From contig PBSN01000003.1 of the NCBI GenBank assembly GCA_002726235.1, forward strand, positions 1 to 47,869: a stretch of 47,869 nt of DNA. The letters run 5' to 3'. The notes beneath the pieces are model-generated. The model had not been told where the DNA came from. It worked only from the letters and a program-made list of their open reading frames with translations, and ran no database searches. The stretch's first letter is position 1. Each line of letters opens with the position of its first letter. The DNA is from Nitrospiraceae bacterium. Lineage in GTDB: Bacteria; Nitrospirota; Nitrospiria; Nitrospirales; UBA2166. Positions 40,422 to 47,869 of this stretch are shown here, in pieces. The translations under genes were made by a program, and so were the position numbers.

Positions 40422-40478
40422 TTCCAGTAACTAACGGGTACGGCAATCTCCCACTCGATAGGGACAAAAGGACAACCA

Positions 40479-41885
40479 GTGCTTGCAGATCGGCTTGCTG
40501 GATACTCCAACTCACTTTCCTATATGCGCCTTGCTCCCGAGGTTGTGCATGAAGTCAAACGCCGCGTTCTCGATAGTCTCGGCTGTGCCATAGGAGCTTG
40601 GAATGCCGCACCCTGCCGCATTGCTCGGCGTCTAGCTCAATCCGCCAAGGTTAAAAACGGGGCCACCATCATGGGCACCAGTCATAAGACCCTTCCAGAT
40701 CTTGCAACCTTCGCGAACGGAGCACTGATTCGGTATCTGGACTTTAACGACACCTATCTTTCGAAAGAACCTGCGCATCCATCAGACAATCTCGCCGCGA
40801 TCCTGGCGATTGGAGAGACCGTTGGGGCTTGCGGCAAACAAGTGATTGAAGCGACCGTCCTAGCCTACGAGATCCAATGTCGGCTCTGTGACGTGGCGGC
40901 GCTCCGACCACGCGGATGGGACCATGTTACCTACGGCCCGTTCTCATCAGCACTAGCTGTTGCCAAACTCTTGGGACTCTCCAAAGCCCGAACGGTTCAG
41001 GCAGTGAATCTCGCTGGTGTGGCCAACATCGCTCTTCGGCAAACGCGAGTGGGCGATCTCTCTATGTGGAAAGCCTGCGCCTTTTCAAATGCAGGACGGA
41101 ATGGGGTATTTGCGGCGTTGCTCGCTCAGTATGGGATGATCGGACCATCGCCCATATTCGAAGGCGCAAAAGGTTTTATCCAGCTTGTGTCTGGGCCATT
41201 GGATTTGCCCAAACTTGGAGGCGAATCCACAAACAAGAGCCGCCTCCGTCAGCGGATGATCCCGTTCAAAATATTGGACACGTATATCAAGCCGCGACCG
41301 GTGGAATATCACGCTCAGACAGCGATTGAGGCGACTCTCAAGATTAGAGATGAGGTGCTCAAAACCGAAGGCCCTCGCGGCCTTGTTGAAATTGCGGAGG
41401 TGGAAATTGGCAGTTATGGCATCGCGATTGAAATCATTGGCCGTGATCCCGAGAAGTGGCACCCTGAAACCCGAGAGACGGCGGATCATAGTTTTCCCTA
41501 TTGTGTGGCTATTGCTTTGCTTGATGGAGCTGTGACATTGCGATCATTTGAGTCAAAACGACTTCGAGACCCCCACGTTAAGGAGTTGATACACAAGACC
41601 CATGTCGTCGAAGTGGATGACTTCACGGACCGATATCCACAATCAATGCCGACGAGGGTCACTGTTCGGACCTCCAGTGGGATGGAATACGTGAAGCAGG
41701 TTGATTGCCCATTAGGCCATCCCAAATCACCAATGGCGGACTATCAGCTGGAAGATAAATTTCTTCGGCTCGCCGCTCGAAAGCTTGGTTCAGTACAGGC
41801 AGGCAAGGTCATTGATTTTGTCTGGAAGTTTGAGACGATAAACGATGTGGGTGCGTTGATGCCACTCCTGAGGGTCGAGAAATGA
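40479..41885 (+). CDS. prpD: MmgE/PrpD family 2-methylcitrate dehydratase
   Basis: IRYLDFNDT, HPSDN, GWDHV, SMWKACA, RETADHS, GHP; coupled to prpB. Confidence 0.88.
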   Translation: MLADRLAGYSNSLSYMRLAPEVVHEVKRRVLDSLGCAIGAWNAAPCRIARRLAQSAKVKNGATIMGTSHKTLPDLATFANGALIRYLDFNDTYLSKEPAHPSDNLAAILAIGETVGACGKQVIEATVLAYEIQCRLCDVAALRPRGWDHVTYGPFSSALAVAKLLGLSKARTVQAVNLAGVANIALRQTRVGDLSMWKACAFSNAGRNGVFAALLAQYGMIGPSPIFEGAKGFIQLVSGPLDLPKLGGESTNKSRLRQRMIPFKILDTYIKPRPVEYHAQTAIEATLKIRDEVLKTEGPRGLVEIAEVEIGSYGIAIEIIGRDPEKWHPETRETADHSFPYCVAIALLDGAVTLRSFESKRLRDPHVKELIHKTHVVEVDDFTDRYPQSMPTRVTVRTSSGMEYVKQVDCPLGHPKSPMADYQLEDKFLRLAARKLGSVQAGKVIDFVWKFETINDVGALMPLLRVEK

Positions 41886-42790
41886 GCGCGGGAAAGCGCT
41901 TGCGCGAATTGATCGAACGGCAAACTGTTGTACTTCCAGGTGCATTCAATGCACTCACGGCCCTACAGATACAGCGGGCTGGGTTCGAAGCTGCCTATGT
42001 CTCCGGAGCTGGGGTCGCTGCGAGTCGTGGCCTTCCTGATATCGGCCTCGTGTCGATGACTGAAGCGGTATCAGATAGCGCCATCATCGCAAACGCGGTC
42101 ACCCTTCCGATGCTGGCTGATGCCGATACGGGGTATGGGGAGTTGCTTGCTGTCATGCGCACAGTGCGAGAGTTCGAGCATGCCGGGCTTGCTGGAATTC
42201 ACATCGAGGATCAAGAAAGCCCGAAGCGGTGCGGCCATTTGCCTGGGAAACGCCTTTTGTCCTCAACCGCCATGGCTCGGAAAATTGGAGCTGCAGTCGA
42301 GGCGAGACAGGATGCAGATTTTCTCATCGTAGCCCGAAGCGATGCACGAGCCATCGAAGGGCTTGACGCGACCGTTATGAGAGCCTTGGCCTATATCGAG
42401 GCGGGGGCTGATGCGGTGTTTCCTGAGGCTTTGGAATCTGCAGAAGAGTTTGGGGCCTTCGCTACAGCGCTTTCTCCACATGGCGGTAACGTGCCGCTGG
42501 TAGCCAACATGACGGAATTCGGAAAAACACCCTATTTGACCGTAAAGGAATTTGCAGCGTTGGGATACAGGATTGTTTTATTCCCACTCACCGCGCTACG
42601 AGTCACTCTGCATGCCGTTGAGATGCTACTCAATGAATTGAAATGCCGAGGGACGCAACGTGGTGAGCTGAGCCAGATGCAAACGAGGGAGCAACTCTAC
42701 GAGTTGCTCCGTTATGCGGATTATGAGCAGCGTGATGAGGATCTATATGAGCGGTATGGGCGAGAATCCGAAGGGCCCGTTACGAACTAA
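41882..42790 (+). CDS. prpB: 2-methylisocitrate lyase
   Basis: DADTGYG, IEDQESPKRCGH, ANMTEFGKTP, MQTREQLYELL. Confidence 0.92.
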   Translation: MSAGKRLRELIERQTVVLPGAFNALTALQIQRAGFEAAYVSGAGVAASRGLPDIGLVSMTEAVSDSAIIANAVTLPMLADADTGYGELLAVMRTVREFEHAGLAGIHIEDQESPKRCGHLPGKRLLSSTAMARKIGAAVEARQDADFLIVARSDARAIEGLDATVMRALAYIEAGADAVFPEALESAEEFGAFATALSPHGGNVPLVANMTEFGKTPYLTVKEFAALGYRIVLFPLTALRVTLHAVEMLLNELKCRGTQRGELSQMQTREQLYELLRYADYEQRDEDLYERYGRESEGPVTN

Positions 42791-42906
42791 GAGGCCCAAT
42801 TAGGCCGAAAGTGATTATGGAATGAGCTCAGGCCATGAGCGAGGCGTACGCATGGCGGGAACATGAAAGTACTGAGTGACGCTAAGAGCTAGGAAGGTTT
42901 TTTGAT

Positions 42907-44652
42907 GTGAGTCCTAGGATTAATCATCTCAATGACACGCATGACATGATCCAGCGTGCACATCTAATGGGTGGTTCCCCTTTCATCCTGCCGTGGATAT
43001 CGTTTGCCGATTTCTTTTATTCGCGAGTTCGTGACCCTCACCTCGCCACTCGAACAGTCTTAACTTACTACGACGATAAGCGCAGGGCATGTCGTCGCTA
43101 TCGCTACACAGAGTTTGGTCTGCTTGTCCAGTGTGCAGCGACCGTCATGCATTGCCGGTTTGGTCTCCGGCGGGGTGATCGCATCGCAACGGTCCTCTTC
43201 AATCATGATCAGACGGTCTTGGTGTATTTCGCAGCGTGGGTGCTTGGTGTGGTTGTTGTGCCAATCAACGTGGATGAGCCGCCCGACAAGAAACAGTATA
43301 TCTTGGAACATTCCGAGGCTCTTGTTGTGTTCTGTTGGCAAGACTTCCTCGATGAAATAAAAAGCATTCAGAGTCACTTGCATGGCCTTCGTGACGTTGT
43401 GGTTGTCGGAGAGGATCGTAGGTGCGGGCGACTATTTATTGATGAAGTTGCTGCCGTAGAGTCAAGCCAGCGTTTCCTGGACGATGACATCCCAGACGGC
43501 GATCTAAACGATGATGCTCTTATCGTATACACCTCTGGGACAACCGGGCCTCCAAAAGGTGTGATCCTCTCGGCACTGAATCTCCTTATCGATGCGGATG
43601 GGATTGCCAATTGGCACAATTTTAGCGTTGCCGATCGCCTGATGTGCGTGTTGCCGATTCACCACGTGAATGGGATCGTGGTGACCCTCGTCACTCCCTT
43701 CTACTGCAAAGGGGAAGTTGTTCTCAATCGCAGTTTCACAACAGAGATGTTTTGGCGAAGAATACAGCAGGAACAAGTGACATGTGTGAGCGTGGTCCCA
43801 ACCTTACTAGAGTTTCTGCTGGAGGAAAACGAAGACATCACGTCGTACAGACTGAAGAGATGTAGAGGAATGATCTGCGGCGCTGGACCCCTCCTCAAGG
43901 AGACCGCGGTTCGATTTGATGATCGGTTTGGATTTCTTATTCGGCATGGCTATGGGTTGTCAGAAACCACCTGTTACTCATGTTTTCTCCCAAGCGACCT
44001 CGGGCCGGATCATCATCGTCGCTGGTTGACAGCCTATGAGTTCCCTTCTATTGGTATTCCAATTCGTCACAATGAAATGACGATCATGGATGATCAGGGT
44101 GTTGAGGTGTCCGAGAAAGCACACGGAGAGATCTGTATCCGTGGACGGACGGTGTGCTCGGGGTATTTTAAGCGGCCAGAGGCGAATGAGACGGCGTTCA
44201 GGGATGGTTGGTTTCGCTCTGGTGATGAGGGATTTTTCATCCGAGATGATCAGGACCGTCCATTCTTTTTTATCTCTGGAAGGTTAAAAGAATTGATTAT
44301 CAGAGGTGGGGTAAACATTTCTCCATTAGAGATCGACGATGTCCTCAAGACCCATCCATCTGTCAAGTTTGCCATGGCCGTCCCGTTTGAGAACCGGTTC
44401 TATGGTGAAGAGATCGCAGCATATATCGTTCCTCGTGGAGGGACTGAGCCACCCACTGAATCCGATCTCATGAATTTCTGCGAGAGGCATCTTCCTTTTG
44501 CAAAACGCCCGAAGGCCATTGTTTTTGGACACGATGTGCCGTACACGGCAACTGGAAAGCCCAAGCGGTTGGAGTTGAAGGCTAAGCTAGCTCATGCCCT
44601 GATCCGTTATAGAGACACGCAATTTCGGGACATCCATAAATCATATCGTTGA
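42907..44652 (+). CDS. AMP-forming acyl-CoA synthetase
   Basis: YTSGTTGPPKG, GYGLSET, GWFRSGD, GRLKELIIRGG, TATGK. Confidence 0.9.
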   Translation: MSPRINHLNDTHDMIQRAHLMGGSPFILPWISFADFFYSRVRDPHLATRTVLTYYDDKRRACRRYRYTEFGLLVQCAATVMHCRFGLRRGDRIATVLFNHDQTVLVYFAAWVLGVVVVPINVDEPPDKKQYILEHSEALVVFCWQDFLDEIKSIQSHLHGLRDVVVVGEDRRCGRLFIDEVAAVESSQRFLDDDIPDGDLNDDALIVYTSGTTGPPKGVILSALNLLIDADGIANWHNFSVADRLMCVLPIHHVNGIVVTLVTPFYCKGEVVLNRSFTTEMFWRRIQQEQVTCVSVVPTLLEFLLEENEDITSYRLKRCRGMICGAGPLLKETAVRFDDRFGFLIRHGYGLSETTCYSCFLPSDLGPDHHRRWLTAYEFPSIGIPIRHNEMTIMDDQGVEVSEKAHGEICIRGRTVCSGYFKRPEANETAFRDGWFRSGDEGFFIRDDQDRPFFFISGRLKELIIRGGVNISPLEIDDVLKTHPSVKFAMAVPFENRFYGEEIAAYIVPRGGTEPPTESDLMNFCERHLPFAKRPKAIVFGHDVPYTATGKPKRLELKAKLAHALIRYRDTQFRDIHKSYR

Positions 44653-44661
44653 ACTCGGCCA

Positions 44662-45789
44662 ATGCATATCAAATTTATCCGCTGTGTTGCCTGTGATCGT
44701 GAGTATCCATGTGAGAATCTTATCTATCGATGTCGGTGCGGCGAAAGTCTGGAGATTGTTTACGACTATGACGAAATTCGAGGGAAGCTGGACTGGAAAA
44801 CGCTACGCCAGCGGCCGTTTCGACATTGGAGGTACCGGGAATTTCTCCCAGTCCTCTCAGATAACCACATCATCTCCATGAATGAGGGAGGTACCCCGTT
44901 GCTGCTGTCTCGCAATCTGAGCCGGCGCTTCAATGTGCCAGGGTTGTATTTTAAGTACGAAGGGCTGAATCCTACTGGTTCTTTCAAGGATCGTGGGACT
45001 ACCGTTGAAATCTCGAAAGCGGTTGAGCATGGGAGCAGCGATGTGGTGGTCGCGTCGACTGGTAACATGGGTGCGTCGATTGCAGCATACACCGCTCTGG
45101 CAATGGTGAAAGCAAAAATTTACGTCCCAAGGAGACTTACCGCAAGTGCGAAGATACGACAGATGAAAGGCTATGGGGCAACAGTCAGCTTAGTCAATGG
45201 GGACTATACTCAAGCGATGAAACAGGCAGTTTCAGATTTTGAACGCAAGGGGTTGCACCTTCTTGGAGATTATCCTTATCGCGGGGAAGGTGAAAAAACG
45301 GTAGGCTATGAGATTGTGGATCAGTGTGACGGGAGAGTGTCTCACATCATTGCCCCTATCGGCAATGGCACTTTACTCGCCGGCATCTGGAAGGGTATCA
45401 AGGACTTGGAAAAGGGGGGGCTTATTACTGAAAGGCCTCGACTAGTCGGAGTCCAGGCTTCCGGTTGTCAGCCGGTAGCACGTGCTTTTCTGAGTGACCG
45501 TGAGACTATTATGCCCGTAGTTCCGAGGACCAAGGCGAGTGCAATTGCATGTGGAAACCCTCTCGACGGCCGCAAAGCATTAAAGGCAATACGCGAATCT
45601 GACGGGATGATCCAAGTCGTGAGTGATGCGGAATTGGTAAAGGCTAGGAAATTATTAGCTCAGGAAGAAGGCATCTATGCGGAGTTAGCTGGTGCTGCCC
45701 CGCTTGCTGGACTGCTCAAACTTCTATCAACCTTGAACGCGGGTGCTTGTGTCGTGTTGGTGATCAGTGGAACTGGCCTGAAAGATTGA
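44662..45789 (+). CDS. thrC: Threonine synthase-like PLP enzyme
   Basis: N-terminal CxxC...CxC, EGGTPL, NPTGSFKDRG, ASTGNMGAS, PIGNG, SGTGLKD. Confidence 0.75.
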   Translation: MHIKFIRCVACDREYPCENLIYRCRCGESLEIVYDYDEIRGKLDWKTLRQRPFRHWRYREFLPVLSDNHIISMNEGGTPLLLSRNLSRRFNVPGLYFKYEGLNPTGSFKDRGTTVEISKAVEHGSSDVVVASTGNMGASIAAYTALAMVKAKIYVPRRLTASAKIRQMKGYGATVSLVNGDYTQAMKQAVSDFERKGLHLLGDYPYRGEGEKTVGYEIVDQCDGRVSHIIAPIGNGTLLAGIWKGIKDLEKGGLITERPRLVGVQASGCQPVARAFLSDRETIMPVVPRTKASAIACGNPLDGRKALKAIRESDGMIQVVSDAELVKARKLLAQEEGIYAELAGAAPLAGLLKLLSTLNAGACVVLVISGTGLKD

Positions 45790-45936
45790 GGAAGGAGACA
45801 GTGGTGATTTCTGGCATCCTCGCAAACACAGGATGTGCGATTATCCTATCAGTTGGATTGGGTCACGATGTTCAGTAATGTTATGTGGATCAACGTCATG
45901 CTAGCGCTTAGTCAGCGATGCTTGCGATAGGATGGC

Positions 45937-45970
45937 AGACCACCGCATTCGACCACTCTGCCACCTCCCC
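45937..45970 (-). other. 5' half of a tRNA-Ser-like gene (non-functional fragment, probable att scar)
   Basis: GGGGAGG-TG-GCAG-AGTGGTCGA-ATGC-G-GTGGT-CT gives the acceptor 5' strand, D arm and anticodon 5' strand up to U33; no 3' half follows. Confidence 0.65.
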
Positions 45971-46218
45971 AATACTTTGATTTATAATGGCTCTAATCGA
46001 TTTTAGGGATAGGCGGTTCCCAATACTTACTATAGCTCTATCCAATATATTGTTGATTTACAAAGGTTCTTATGTCACGTCAGGAGTATTTACAGACCGT
46101 CGGGTTTGCTGTCTCGCAGTGACTGCCGTAGCGAGGAATGTCGGTACCATTTTTGTCAGAGATCTCCTCAGCCACTTCAAAATCGTCGTTGAGTAGAAGA
46201 TTGGGATCGATTGATATC

Positions 46219-47367
46219 TCATAGCTGTGCCTGTGAATGGCGTACACTCATAGGAAGATAAGGACGGGCTCGTTCACCTTCATAGATTTGATCTGGGCGA
46301 AACAGCCGGTTATCTTGGAATTGTTCAAAGCAATGCGCAAGCCAGCCAGCGACACGCGCTATGGCGAAGACCGGGGTGAAACAATCAGGCGCAATGCCCA
46401 TAGCACGATATACCAAGCCTGAATATAAATCTAAATTGGCAGACACGCCTTTATGGCTGATCAATTGATCCATGACCCGTTCTACTTCTTGTGCGATCTC
46501 GAACAAGTGAGATTGACCAGTGTGTTCGCATACCTGTTTTGCGTGTCGTTGTAAGATCATTGCACGTGTATCTTTCACCTTATAAATGCGATGTCCGAAT
46601 CCCATAATCCGCTTTTTGGCCGCAAGCTTTTGCTCGATATATGACTGTACCCTGTCTACTGATTCGATCTCTTCCAACATTTTGATGGCCTGCTCATTTG
46701 CGCCCCCATGCAACGAGCCTTTCAGCGTCCCAATGGCTGAAGAAATTACGGAATAAGCATCTGAGAGGGTTGAGGCCGTCACGAGGCCACTAAAGGTTGA
46801 TGCGTTCATGGTGTGTTCCGCGTGGAGGATCAGCGACACATCCAAGATCCGAGCCAGTGATGGATCTGGAACGGTCCCAAACAGCATGTAGAAGAAATTC
46901 TCTGCGTGTGTCAAGTCATCGCGTGGCTGGATTTGTTCGTTGCCGTGCCGAAGCCTCGCATAGGTGGCTACGATTGTTGGAAGCTTGGCAATTAAGCGGA
47001 CAGCTGCCCAGTAGTTGGCCTCTGCATCCTGTACATTTGGCTGTGGATAAAACATCCCAAGAGCGGCCACTGTGGCTTGTAGGGCATCCATTGGATGACC
47101 ATATTCGGGGAGGCATTTGATCAGATCGGTGATCCGATACTTAATCCTGCGGTGATGCGACAAATCGCTATTGAAGGCATCCAGTTCCTTCTGACTGGGA
47201 AGTCGGTTATAGAGTAAGAGGTATGTGGTCTCAGGGAAGGTACTATGTTCTGCTAGTTCCTCAATGCAAATCCCTCGATATTCGAGAATGCCCTTTTGAC
47301 CGTCGACAAAGCTGATTTTCGACCGTGCAGCTGGAACTCCGGCTAATCCTGGGAAAAAGTCATGCAT
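46219..47367 (-). CDS. Citrate synthase (or 2-methylcitrate synthase)
   Basis: PGLAGVP, HAEHTMNASTF, LHGGAN, MGFGHR, NLDLYSG, RLFRP. Confidence 0.92.
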   Translation of the reverse strand: MHDFFPGLAGVPAARSKISFVDGQKGILEYRGICIEELAEHSTFPETTYLLLYNRLPSQKELDAFNSDLSHHRRIKYRITDLIKCLPEYGHPMDALQATVAALGMFYPQPNVQDAEANYWAAVRLIAKLPTIVATYARLRHGNEQIQPRDDLTHAENFFYMLFGTVPDPSLARILDVSLILHAEHTMNASTFSGLVTASTLSDAYSVISSAIGTLKGSLHGGANEQAIKMLEEIESVDRVQSYIEQKLAAKKRIMGFGHRIYKVKDTRAMILQRHAKQVCEHTGQSHLFEIAQEVERVMDQLISHKGVSANLDLYSGLVYRAMGIAPDCFTPVFAIARVAGWLAHCFEQFQDNRLFRPDQIYEGERARPYLPMSVRHSQAQL

Positions 47368-47488
47368 GGCAGTACCGCTCTGCCTCCCTATGGCATGGTG
47401 CACTTTATGTGGTGCGCATCTTAGGCGAACATGCTGCTTTTACTCATCAACAGCGTCCTTAACCCTTCACTCCGTAAATAGATTGGGA

Positions 47489-47504
47489 AGCAATCGCCGT
47501 ACCA
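47489..47504 (-). promoter_or_regulatory. Sigma-54 promoter of citrate synthase
   Basis: Minus strand TGGTACGGCGATTGCT. Confidence 0.78.
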
Positions 47505-47555
47505 GTAACAATCGCATCTTAATGAGCGTTTTTCCTCTGTGATCGAATCGATGGC

Positions 47556-47586
47556 ACGACCAATCAAACGAATGACGATATTTCGT
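47556..47586. promoter_or_regulatory. Putative upstream activator sequence, tandem ACGA-N4-TCG
   Basis: CGACCAATCA-N9-CGATATTTCG (one mismatch in the first unit), lying between two divergent -24/-12 promoters. Confidence 0.6.
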
Positions 47587-47694
47587 GTGTGATATCGAGC
47601 AATGTTTTGGAGGGGAAAGGAAAGATGGGTGGAGCGCATGCCCTCCTGGCACTGCGCATACTCTCGCACCATAATTTTTTCTTGCCAGGAGATG

Positions 47695-47710
47695 TGGCAC
47701 GAAGCTTGCG
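47695..47710 (+). promoter_or_regulatory. Sigma-54 promoter of the rightward partial gene
   Basis: TGGCACGAAGCTTGCG, full TGGCACG-N4-TTGC consensus. Confidence 0.8.
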
Positions 47711-47759
47711 TTTCAAGAGAGGAGAGCAGGTTGCGTTAATTGCATGAGGGAGGTCATTG

Positions 47760-47869
47760 ATGATGTCCCGAAGGAATTTCCATAGTGCTATGAAAGGAAT
47801 ATGTGGAGGGGTGTTTGCCATCATCGCTCTCATCGCGTTCGTCGATAGCGCGTATGGTGGGGGAGGGTT
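47760..47869 (+). CDS. Exported protein, 3'-partial, possible Tat signal
   Basis: GGGAGG RBS; MMSRRNFHSAMKGICGGVFAIIALIAFVDSAYGGGG runs off the window; not in the ORF track. Confidence 0.65.
   Translation, partial: MMSRRNFHSAMKGICGGVFAIIALIAFVDSAYGGGG

Noticed and set aside
40100..40552. 150-aa ORF in the divergent intergenic region
   Set aside because: No recognisable motifs or RBS; it overlaps two promoters and the prpD start.
45802..45879. 25-codon ORF with AAGGAG RBS after thrC
   Set aside because: Too short and unrecognisable; it may be a gene stub but cannot be supported.
1..47869. CRISPR arrays, rRNA, intact tRNA, transposases, integrases
   Set aside because: None seen; the many short antisense ORFs in the track are shadows of the real genes.

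Overview
Bacterial chromosomal window. The gene content resembles Nitrospirota, which is an inference and not a database result. From left to right: the 3' end of an Mrp/Nuo hybrid complex-I membrane-arm operon (two MrpD-like subunits, nuoM, nuoN); prfC; a lone egtD; a secreted cupredoxin-like protein; an arginine succinyltransferase (AST) cluster with a decayed DUF1338 gene and an M20 hydrolase in place of astE; an FhlA-type sigma-54 activator; a 13-kb operon for branched-chain 2-oxoacid dehydrogenase, isobutyryl-CoA mutase and beta-oxidation enzymes; a frameshift-split SmbP-like/cytochrome c gene; an ETF-QO, amino-acid dehydrogenase, etfBA operon divergent from prpD-prpB-acyl-CoA ligase-thrC; a tRNA-Ser 5'-half scar; and citrate synthase. 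Three signals are not explained by the ORF track. (1) A 58-bp inverted repeat (48 bp exact) brackets the promoter, STAS gene and E1-alpha 5' end, with a second RBS-equipped E1-alpha N-terminus on the opposite strand; this is a candidate invertible promoter/N-terminus switch or its scar. (2) Five sigma-54 -24/-12 promoters are associated with three copies of a tandem ACGA-N4-TCG site, suggesting one locally encoded regulon. (3) A T8 tract frameshifts a cytochrome c fusion gene.
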